DNA of 46,790 nt, filler included, from Jimgerdemannia flammicorona (lineage: Eukaryota), in the NCBI GenBank assembly GCA_003990765.1. It is 2 parts of 2 records of this genome, joined end to end, with 100 filler letters (N's around TTAATTAATTAA, not from the genome) between each part and the next. Parts side by side here need not be neighbours in the genome. Positions count along the whole stretch, not along the records: positions 23,458 to 46,790 come from RBNJ01001117.1; 1 more part is not named here. One strand, written 5' to 3'. Of the stretch, positions 36,731 to 46,790 are shown piece by piece. Position numbers and translations under genes: made by a program. Numbering within the stretch: the first letter of the stretch is position 1; each line of letters begins with the position of its first letter. Below the pieces are notes generated by a model. It ran no database searches, was not told the origin of the DNA, and saw nothing but the letters and a program-made list of their open reading frames with translations.

Positions 36731-38277
36731 TATCATGTAGTAGTTGTTGAGTCCTTCAAATACACCAGATTCTCTTCAAGATGTATCTCTTAGACTAACT
36801 CAGGTTTGTTATAAGCAAGTTCTTATTGGAGTACCTTCCCAAGGTCTTATAGTCCTCAAACTTCTTATCTTTAACTGTCTTGTTATCTCTTAGATTGCTT
36901 GCAAGGAAGTGTGTATAAGTGAAACCAGAACTGACTTTATTTCAGAGGAAATAAGAGAGGTATTTATACAAAATATAATTCAATGATTGCTAAGATATAA
37001 AGCTAAATATAAACTCCAATAACTAAAACTACTAAGTTCCAGAGTTGGTACTGATAGTTGTACAGGTTCAGGATGCTGGCATTATTCAGTATCACATCAA
37101 AATACCAGTGCTGGAACAATTTTGCATCACCTCAGAATACCAGTGCTGGCATTATCCAGTGTTACATGAGAATACTGGTGCTGGCATTATCCAGTGTAAC
37201 AAAGAACTTAGAGCAGAAATTTCAGGATCATGGGGGCTTCATCATCATCATCACTGAAGAAGATGAGATCTGCAAATTCGTCATACAAGTCATGCATTTT
37301 GCATACTTCGTGTGCTTTGGGTATGTCACGTGGGATGATGTCATGGATGACATCATCACATTCAGCTGTGGCGGGAAAATTGAGAATAAGATCTGGAGCT
37401 CTCCAGTCTATGAAGTTCTCCTCCACAAAATAGGGAAAAAATGTGGGGTCTTGGAGAGGTCTAACCTGGATGCTTGGGCCTTGAAATACTGAGATCAATC
37501 CTTGCAGGAATTGATCTGGGTTGTTCTGGAGGATAGGGTGCCAGAAGTCTTCTACTTCTTCGCTGTTGAGGGTGATAGTGGACTGGGCTTCTGTAGCCAC
37601 CCTGGCTTTTAGTGTATTGATACAGCAGAATGACAGATCTCTGAAGTCTGAGACTCTAACATACTCCAAGTTGGGGATTGACCATGGTGCATGCCTAAAG
37701 ATCTGATAGATCTTCTTAGCTATCCTCATTTCACATATATCTATGGGAGTAGCATCTTGTAGCTCTTGGGTGCTGGCCTGTGGGAACTCCTGGCAGAGGA
37801 GGTTTCCTATTTTGTACTCCTGCCACATTTGGAGACATTCGGTAGCAATGGTGATCCTTGTTTCCATTTCACAGCAGTAGAGAATAAAGTGATAAGGGTC
37901 TGTAGTACCCAGGTAGATACTGGGAGTCCTTCTTGAGCAGATCCCCATGGCTCTTCTGATGTCTTGGAACATCCTTTCTTCAACTGAGGTGCCTTGGTGG
38001 TTCCTTGACCTTGAGGTTTGGTGGGTGGCAGGCATTTCATTTGTGGTAAGTCTTTGAGCTATTTTGGGATTGGTGGTTCTTGTTGGTTGCTACTACTGCA
38101 GTTCCTTGATCCTTCTTTTATATTCTTCAGGATGCTTATACTGTGGTCACAATGACTCACAGTTGGTCATCATTGCTCATCTTGTATGCCATATAATCTT
38201 CTTGTGCTCCGATCTGGTGGCTTGCAAGGAAAGGCTGTCTCCTGTGCTGATGTCATCATTCTGGGGTCACCATTACA
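36731..38277 (-). repeat. Family C 5' LTR (1547 bp)
   Basis: TGTAAT...ATGATA (CA>TA). Direct repeat of 25597-27112. Confidence 0.95.
37208..38035 (-). CDS. Open 275-aa accessory ORF inside the 5' LTR of family C, unknown function
   Basis: Uninterrupted ATG-to-TAA frame. TATAAAA 87 nt upstream (38122-38116). Protein-level conservation with the D ORF. Confidence 0.75.
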   Translation of the reverse strand: MPATHQTSRSRNHQGTSVEERMFQDIRRAMGICSRRTPSIYLGTTDPYHFILYCCEMETRITIATECLQMWQEYKIGNLLCQEFPQASTQELQDATPIDICEMRIAKKIYQIFRHAPWSIPNLEYVRVSDFRDLSFCCINTLKARVATEAQSTITLNSEEVEDFWHPILQNNPDQFLQGLISVFQGPSIQVRPLQDPTFFPYFVEENFIDWRAPDLILNFPATAECDDVIHDIIPRDIPKAHEVCKMHDLYDEFADLIFFSDDDDEAPMILKFLL

Positions 38278-38599
38278 ATACTAATAGAATTAATATATTA
38301 TAGATAACTAAGAATAATTATCAGTCCTAAGTTCTTAGTTTTTAAGAAAGTACTAAGTTTTAAGTTTAACTACTAGGATAGAGTCTGATATTACTTTCAG
38401 ATCCTTATACTTGTAGAATGGCCATACTTATATTCTAAGATATTCAGGCTTAGAATTATTAATAAGTTGGATCTGAGGACTGTGATAAGAATACTTCTTG
38501 TTGATTAGAGAAAGTGGAGCTGAGATTATAATACACTCAGTATAGATAGTATTTATATATATTGAAGGCTTAGTTAGACATAATATCTCCTATCAATCT

Positions 38600-40460
38600 C
38601 TTCCACCTGATCAACTACTACTCTAAGCTTATCTATCTTCTCTCTTTAAATATATATAGTCAATGTTGAGCCAATTCTATCTATACTACCAAAGTCTACC
38701 TAATAAAGAGTTACTCATTACTAACATAATCTATCAATCTATCTCTCAAGTCATACTAATGACCCCTCTCTCCAATCTTCCATCTCTCTACTTTTAGATA
38801 ATATTCAACTATCTCTCAAAAGTCTCTAAGTATCTTGTACTTATCTAGTCAATGTTTAATATCTGTACAAAATTTCTCTTCTATCTAATATTATAATACT
38901 CTTCACAATCAAAAGATCTGCTATTACTAAGTAATCTAAACAAAAGTTAAACATAATATTTCTCCTTATATATATCACTATACTACTTAAAATATTAGAG
39001 AAAGCTACTACTATTCCTTAGTACTTAAGAATCAGATACTAGCCCAGTCTTACTTTTTATCAATTTAAGTTATCTGCTAGCCAACTGGCTATATATCTTA
39101 TTCTATGTTACTTTGGTACTCAACTTTAGCATTAATATCAAAGATAATTAATAGAGAGTCTCTCAAAAGTAGCCAGTCTTACTAACTACATCACTGAATC
39201 CCAAAGGACCTCCCCCTTAGCACTATGTCAATATAGACTAATCTGATGAGTACTCTATACTACACACTACTAAAAGCTCTTATATTGTATACACCAACTA
39301 CTACTCAGACCAACTAATGACGGTAGATTACCCAAAGAGCCTCTGGAGAGAATCTTAGCTTTCAGATCTTCACTCTATAGCTCTCTTTAATTATCAAGCT
39401 TATAGATGATACCATCTCTTTGGAAAGTCTACTAGACTAAAATCTCTCAATTTATCTAACTTCTCTTCTCAGACCAGATCTAGATTTTAGCTAACTTCAA
39501 TAATCTCTTCACTACTTAGACCAGAAAATTCAAGTGATATATCAGATACTAGTTTCAACAATTAGTAAATATTTAATATTAATATATTCTCTACTAAAGA
39601 GATATAATATTCCCCCTAACTCTGAAGAGTATTCTGCCAAATAAAGCTTTTCTCTCCTACTAAGCTTTAAGTAAGATAGGCCTATATATTATCAGAAAGA
39701 TATTCAGATATTATATAGTCTCTTCTATAGAGATAAATATGTATTTCAATAATATCTCCACCCACCAGACTATTCTCTAGCACTATAGTCTCATACTTAT
39801 ACTAGTCAAGCTTTATCTCAAAGTACTCCTCATACTATTCTACCATTATCTTTAATATATTCATATTGATAACTGAGTCCAGACCAACCACCATATTATT
39901 AGCAAAGACTTCAATCTTCTAAACAATACTAAAAATGAGAGCTTAGCCACTTTGTAGTAAATTCTTCTTATCAATAATTATAATAATAGAATATATAGAA
40001 TAGTGGAATATAGATCCCTCTGAGGAACTTCACTTCCAAATGAGAATATAGTACTATAATAGATATTTTCACATAAGTACATACTACTTAACTACTCTCT
40101 AATAGACTAATCATTGATACTTATAATTGATGAGAGATATCAATCTTATCTTATATCCTTTTTAGCCAGACTTACTAAATTAATTATAGGTCTTCTCCTA
40201 GTTTAGAAAAACCAGCCTCTCATTTAGTCTACTAGCTCTTGCTCTCTCAATTATACTATATATCTATACTTTTCTATTCCTAATTAGCTAGCCTTCTATA
40301 AGTCTCTTTTCTCCTCACTCAATATCTACTAAACTATCTTCTATAGCCTTATAATGATCATATTTTGTAACTATTTTCTTATTTATATTTAAAAGTATAA
40401 TTAGCTAACAATTTTTTCAATCTTCTCTCCTGCTCTTATCTTTATATAATAGTACTACTA
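38600..40460 (+). mobile_element. Very decayed Gypsy-like pol (RT, RNase H, integrase traces)
   Basis: YxDD-like trace (IDDTI) at ~39400, FYHYL...VQTNH at ~39840-39890, WNID...IDIFT at ~40005-40070. Extreme TpA excess. Confidence 0.5.
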
Positions 40461-41315
40461 GTCTAAGATTCTGCTCTCCTATCTACTCTCTAGATATGAG
40501 AATAAAGTCACAAAGAGCTCCTATCTCTCCCAACACTCCTAGAATACTTAGTATTACTCTAAGACTCTTTATCTATATAAGATATCAATCCTTCAGAGAG
40601 TACTCTATAGCCTTTACATCTGTATCCCTCTTCTTTACTCTACTGACCTCTCTATCTATCCTTCAGAGAGCCTAAGATCTATTCTGTTTTATATATCAGT
40701 ATATCTTCTACAGAGATTCTACTATAGTTAAGCTACTCTAATCAGCTATAGCTGACTGGCCAGATAGCTGGGCTTAATTTTCAGATTATAGTATATAGAG
40801 AGGCCATATAGTCAATAGCTTGCTAGAGTAGCTTAGCCTTAAATTTATAGATTAGTTATTTGGTCAAGTGATCAGATCTTATTTGGCTTTTTGATTTTCA
40901 AATTTTTCAAATTAAATAAAAGATCCAAAAATACTACTTAATCTCATACCTATAGCCCCTCTTCTATATATATCTGAATATACTCTATATTAATAAGAAG
41001 TTTGACTTTTTCAATCTAATATTATAAAATACAGCTAAGGTAAAATAAACTCTCAATCTCTGCTATACTTGTAGTCCTATCTGGTTATCTTTAGTCATAC
41101 TAGATAACATATAAATATTTATTAGGTAAATTAATTACTATAATTTAGTTATATGTTATATCAGATATATTAGACAACTAGAATTACTCTACTATTCTAA
41201 CTGATAAAAATAACTCAGATAGATAAATAAGAGTACAAAGTATTCTTAGCTAGTATACTATATTAGAATTTAAGAACTATATTTTCAATAAAAATAACTA
41301 ATATAATATAGTAGA

Positions 41316-41759
41316 TGTATAAGTATATAAGTATATCAGATTTCTATATCTTGAAAACTTGATCTTCTTTAATACTACAGAGTTTTTGGAATATTGAGAT
41401 GGGGTAAATTTGAAGTATATCTATCTATAGGCTTATTAGTTCTCTTACTTTCTCTTTGCTTTGAACTATATTGATCTGAGGTTTATTTACTCTAGATGCT
41501 GGAGATATTTATATAAGTTTGCTAGCTATATGGTGGCTAAGTTATGACTATATTTCATATAAGTCACTTTTTGCAAGTATTGAATCTTTTCAACATCTGT
41601 AAAAGATTTTGATGATTGCAAGGATTTTAGCATTTATAGAATCTTTAGCAGTTGCTAAGATTTTCTATGTTTGCTAAATATGACTGCTATTTATGTGGTT
41701 AAGCTATATTTAGAAATCAGATTTAGTTACAGTAATCAAATATCTATTCTTCTAATTCA

Positions 41760-41760
<1 letters not shown>
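41316..41760 (-). mobile_element. Family B 3' end/LTR copy cut by a LINE poly(A) tail
   Basis: Aligns with 5188-5590 and the reverse complement of 20885-21212. Confidence 0.85.
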
Positions 41761-41790
<30 letters not shown>

Positions 41791-44700
41791 GTTACAAGAA
41801 CTTCTACTTTATTATCAAACTATCTATGATATACTTAATACAAATGAACCTTTTACCCAATCCTACTCAGAAGCTCTCTCCTCCTCTCACCATTTTTCTA
41901 AAATACTACCAACCCCCCTGCTACCTCAATCCTCTTCCCACTCTTTCTATTGATCATCTCTACTAGTTACCTCTGATACTCTCCCTCCAGCATCCCACCC
42001 CCTCCACCAACCATTCAACAAGTCCATCATCAGTCACTCTCATCTAGTAACCCTCACTTCTAATATCAGCTATTAGTTATCATAGCCAATATCCCATAAG
42101 CCAAACCCAAATTACCAGTACCCATTTTAATATCAATCACTTACCTTCCAACCCCCCCACCAGCCTCTCCCAGAGGATACCCCACCTCTCTCCTACTACC
42201 AACCCTGGTGGGTACACCCCCAGCTATACCTCAATTGCCCTCTAAATGTCACTCAATATCTTACACTCCCCTTGCTAATATTCAAAATTCTATACTACTC
42301 CTTTCTTCTGTCTGACATTCAGACACTCCCACACTCCTGAGTACCTCCTTCCACCAAGTGACCAAACTAGTAGTTCAATATTATATTATACTATAGATAT
42401 CTTCACTATACTATCCAGAACTTGAGGAGAATCTATTTTACTACCTAATTGCCCTACAACTAAATGTCATTCTAGTCTCACTCTTCTTCTCTGCCATACC
42501 TCAGGCCACAGATCTCTCCTATGCTTCTGAAGGCACTTCATACTATCCTTCAAGCAGAAGTCATCCACTAGCATCCCACTTAATAGAAGGCAGTCCCACC
42601 TCTATATCTGGGGTCTTTATTCCTTCTCCCCCTTATCACTCCACTATCAGAGAACAATATGGTGAGCTCCATCAACCACTCTCCATCAGAATTCCCTATA
42701 GTGTATCTTCTGACTATTCTCCAAAGCTACCAGAGATAGTAGATTTCCAGTCACATCACAGCGAGAGAACTGGACCTCCCACACCCACTATATGAGAGAA
42801 CTCACTCTCTACCCCTCAACTTGCTAGCTCACTTTAGCCACCATGCCCTTAAGTAATAAAGATGCTTGAAAATATCCACCAGACCCAGGCCTCTCTAGTC
42901 CACTGGCAAGGTCAACATCTCCTAGACAATCTGACTCCATCACCCTGTCCATATCTAGCTAGTTATCTAAAACAATTCTTAACTACCCACACTAGAAAGT
43001 CTAAGTAGTATCTCAGGTACTATAGCTTAGGCAATCAGTATATATTCAGCACTGTCACTCTCTCTGTCAGAGATATATAATGACTACTCCACCAACCACT
43101 GCTCTTACTATCTATAAGATAACAAGGAGCTATATACCAAAAAGTAGATCTCTAAATAGTGAATAGCCTCTCCTATAGAGATAATTATTCTAATTACTTC
43201 CCCACCTACTATCCCTTCTCTCAACACCAAAGTCTCACACTTATACCAGTTGAGCTTAGTATCTGAGCACTCCTTATACCACTCTACTGTACCTTTCAGT
43301 ACTGCTATATCTTCTGCTGACCTCAACCTGACCACTATATTATCAGCAAAGGCACCCACCTTCTAGTTAATCCCCAGAATGTCTAACCTCCCCATCTTTC
43401 ACCTTATGTTATCCAAAAGAGACTCCAGAGACAACACATATAGGATTGGAGACAGTAGATCCCCCTGCAACACTCCTCTCCCTAGAGAGAATGAAATTCC
43501 CCTATATCTATTTACTATAATTGCTATCTGACTCTCTTCTAGCAGACTGACCAAGGCCTGCTGGACCCCAGGGGGGACCTCTATACACTTTAGCACCTCT
43601 TCCAACCACACTTACTGGACTCTGTCATAGGCCTTCTCTTGGTCTAAAAAAATTAGCCATCTATCTACCCTAGTAGTATAAGCTCTCTCAATGATACTAT
43701 ACACCCAGGTAGTCCTATCTCTGATCAGATGTCTCTCTCTATAAATTCTCTCTGCTCAGCTCCCAGAACCTGCTGAGCCACTCCTTACAGTCTAGCCACT
43801 AGTATCTTTATGATCAGTTTGTGATCTATATCCAGAAGTATAATCAGCCTCTAGTTTTTGACTCCTCTCTCCTCTCTTTATTCTTAAATAGCAGAGCCAC
43901 AAGACCTAAGCACTGCCCCAAATCCATGTCTCTGAGCTAATAACTTCATTGCACATTGCTGATATTTTTTCCAGAATTAGCTCAATACCTATCATTTTCT
44001 TCCAAAAATTCTATAGTAAGTCATCCTCCCCTAGTGCTGCCTCTAAGCTCATCATTGTCAGTACCCAATGAATCTCTTCTCCTTGGACAGCAGCACCAAG
44101 GTCACCTAAGCTCACTACTGGATCAGAGTACCAGTTCTCCATATATCTATCAATGTTTAGCACTTCTACCCCTCCTTTCTCATCACTTCACAATTGTCCC
44201 CACTATATATTCAGCTAGTTCAAAATCTCTAGAGTACCAACAATCAACTCTCCTGCCTCATCCAATATCTCCTCCCATTGCTGCTATACTCTTCTTACCT
44301 ACAGAAGGTGAGACAAATACTTTGTAGGCCTCTCCCCCTTCTCTGATCTCTACCATCTCAGCTGGGCCACTATGCTCTGTATCTGTAGATCTTCCTTCTG
44401 TCTCAGCAATCCCTTCAACTTCTCTATCTCCAGCCAGATCTGCTGGGTCCTCTAATCCCTCTCCTCACTATCATTCAGCAGATCTGCCCATATTGCCAAC
44501 AACCTCATCAATCTCTGGGAGACCCATCTTACTTACTTCCTTCTCTGAGCACTATGCATCCTTACTGTCTCCCTCCAGTACTGTTATACATCTGATTTCA
44601 GCTGCCTCCAGTGATCCCCAATTGGCAACCCCTTCACTTGTCACCCCAGTATTCTGAAGCTAATGTCCATTATACTAAGGAGGCCTTCTTAAGCAATGAG

Positions 44701-46770
44701 GTATTCAGGCACCAATGTTCAGGCCCCTCCCCACTTTCCCCAAAACTCTTCCCTCTCAGAAGGCCCCAGTGATCAGACCATGAACTCTAAACAGTTTCCA
44801 AAGTCTCCAGATATTGACTTCCCAGTATTCAGCAGTCAACATCCAGTCAATCCTCAAGTCCAACCCTGCTACCCAGTAAGTATAGACCCTGCAATCTCTC
44901 TATTCAAGTCTCCCAGCATCTACTAAGGAACTCAGATGTTCAACTTCCTTCCAGGCTTCCATCCCACCACTTTTACCAGCCATCTCCCTTCTTCCATCAG
45001 TCTTGTCCATCTTCTCATCCTATATTATATTAAAATCTCTACCTAGACAGTCAATCCCTGTCTTCACCAATGCTCCAGACTCTTGTAGCCCTTGAATCTA
45101 TTCCACTCTCTCCCCCCTTTTCTGTAGACAATAATATGACCTAAAGTCAAGAGTCTTCAGCCTAGCCTCTTCTAAACTCCCTATACTACCTTGCTCTCTC
45201 AATGTCCAATATTCCCAATATTCCCCTTACTCTTTCTAACCAGAATGCCCATATACCTCTACTATATAGCCATACTACTCTATTCCTTTATCCAGTCTAG
45301 ACTATCTAAGTCTCTATCATATCTAATATTCTATAGTAGAAACAAATCTATATCTAACCCTTTTAGCTAGCTAAAGATATTTCAATACCTCACTACTCTC
45401 TATAGTCCATTGATATTCAAAAAGAAAATTCTAGTTATACTATTTATATGAATAATGTATTTTTCATAGAAAACAGCCATCTACTCCATAATTCTATACT
45501 TGTTACATCATTTATAATATCCAGATTCCTCTCTGTCTCCAGCTCATCTACTTCTCCCTGCTGAGTCTCTAATACCTCCAAGATCTCCTGATAACAGCAC
45601 TATCCACTGCTTCCATATCTGTCCAATACTCCTTATATACTATCTACCATTTTACCAGCCCCTTCCTTAGGCCCTACAGATATGCAGCCCTATCATTCAC
45701 AATTGCCAGAAGTGCAGCCTCCCTTATATCATCTACTTGATATACCTCAGCCTCCAGCAAGGATACTGTTATCTCATCTCTGAGTTTCTGTTGCACCTTC
45801 TCACCTTGCAGGATTTTATCTCAGTGCCTCTCACTCAGCATCCAAAAGTCCTCTCCCCCCCCAGCTCCTCAGCCACTATACTTGTCAGCATTTTCCACAG
45901 TCATTTCTCCTCATCAACAGCCTCCTCCACTTCCTGGGCCTTCCCCCCTTCCATTTGCTGTCCCTCTGCATTCATCTGAGCTGACTCATCCCAATTCTCC
46001 TCTAGTATATCCTGCAATTCATCATCTCTTTCAGCCCTTACCAGTACCCTATACTGAGTGTACTCCTCCTTGTCCCTCTCCTCATCTTCTATGATAACAC
46101 TCTGTCCTGAGCCTCCACTCTCTCCCAGGGTCTCCTTGGGGGCTACTCCCTTCTCTCCTATCTAAGTACTCATCTTTGACCCAACATCTTCAGTAGTGAT
46201 CCTCCCCTCTGCCCCTCTGACCAACTTTACCAATAGCTCTTCTGAATATGCCTTCTCTATACTCTCTCCCAGGCCATCTGATCTAGCTGTACCTTCTTGC
46301 CATTTACAATCTCCACTACTATCTTGATCTCAAATACTTTTCAGGCCAATCTCCTCCTCTCAATAACCTCTGCCAGATCCTTCAATACCTCCAGTAAGTT
46401 CTCCTCTTCCTCCAGTATTCCTTTCACTCTCAAGACCTTGTACTTCACTAGTCTCCACTTGAGGACTGCTGGCCAATCTCTCACTTTCTCTATATTCTTC
46501 TTGCCCACTGGCTGTACTCTGATATCTACAACTCCTGTCCTAAACTCTGGCCTTCCCAGACCCAAAACTCAATATCTACAATATCTATAATATTCTCATA
46601 CTCCTTGATGGCCTCTACAATCCATCTCCTGGCCATCTCCTTTGATACTATAAGTATATCTACTATTGTCAACTATACCACTTGGGGGTCTCAGTATAAT
46701 CACTGGGCCATGGGGATTGCCACCCCCCCTTACCACCACTCTCTTTTCCATTATCTTCAGCAGTATCTTC
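41761..46770 (-). mobile_element. L1/Tx1-like LINE, degenerate, near-complete ORF2 and partial ORF1
   Basis: Poly(T) at 41760-41787 and AATAAA (-) at 41813-41808. ORF2 from ~45447 (IFFLNINGL), GRGVLQGDLLSPILY, AFADN (FADD), cysteine motif at ~42260-42340. ORF1 at 45480-46770. Confidence 0.88.
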
Positions 46771-46790
46771 TTTTTTTTTTTTTTTTTTTT
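46771..46790 (-). repeat. Poly(T) run, probable poly(A) tail of another LINE inserted in ORF1
   Basis: 20 T at the window end, interrupting ORF1-like sequence. Confidence 0.5.

Larger units (their letters stand above)
25597..38277 (-). mobile_element. Full-length Ty3/Gypsy family C with dUTPase, ~1.5-kb LTRs, 4-bp TSD ATAC
   Basis: Two LTRs, TSD at 25593-25596 and 38278-38281, PBS-like TGG after an ACT spacer, PPT, gag-PR-dUTPase-RT-RH-IN. Confidence 0.95.

Noticed and set aside
37208..38035. env-like third ORF
   Set aside because: No signal peptide, transmembrane helix or evident furin site; short, with an acidic tail.

Overview
Eukaryotic, probably fungal (inferred from element types and mutation pattern), repeat-dense window with no recognisable host gene. 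It is a nest of decayed retroelements. (i) L1/Tx1-like LINEs on the minus strand: 1-4680, 41761-46770 and fragments. (ii) Four Ty3/Gypsy families. A (7988-16848, -), B (16850-21212, +, with 3' fragments at 5188-6770 and 41316-41760) and C (25597-38277, -, full length, ~1.5-kb LTRs, TSD ATAC) carry a dUTPase between protease and RT. D (30939-34855, +, TSD GGACT) is an internally deleted chromodomain element nested in C. (iii) A younger, CpG-rich Ngaro/DIRS-type tyrosine-recombinase element with split direct repeats (21213-23357), ending at an artificial contig linker (23358-23457). Almost all ORFs are broken by C>T/G>A transitions at CpG and CpA. The most notable observation is that all four Gypsy families carry a homologous, unannotated, probably helical accessory ORF 3' of integrase. 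In A and B its ATG overlaps the pol end, in D it has its own TATA box, and in C it lies inside the LTR, where one copy is an open 275-aa frame. All alignments were done by eye; no database search was possible.
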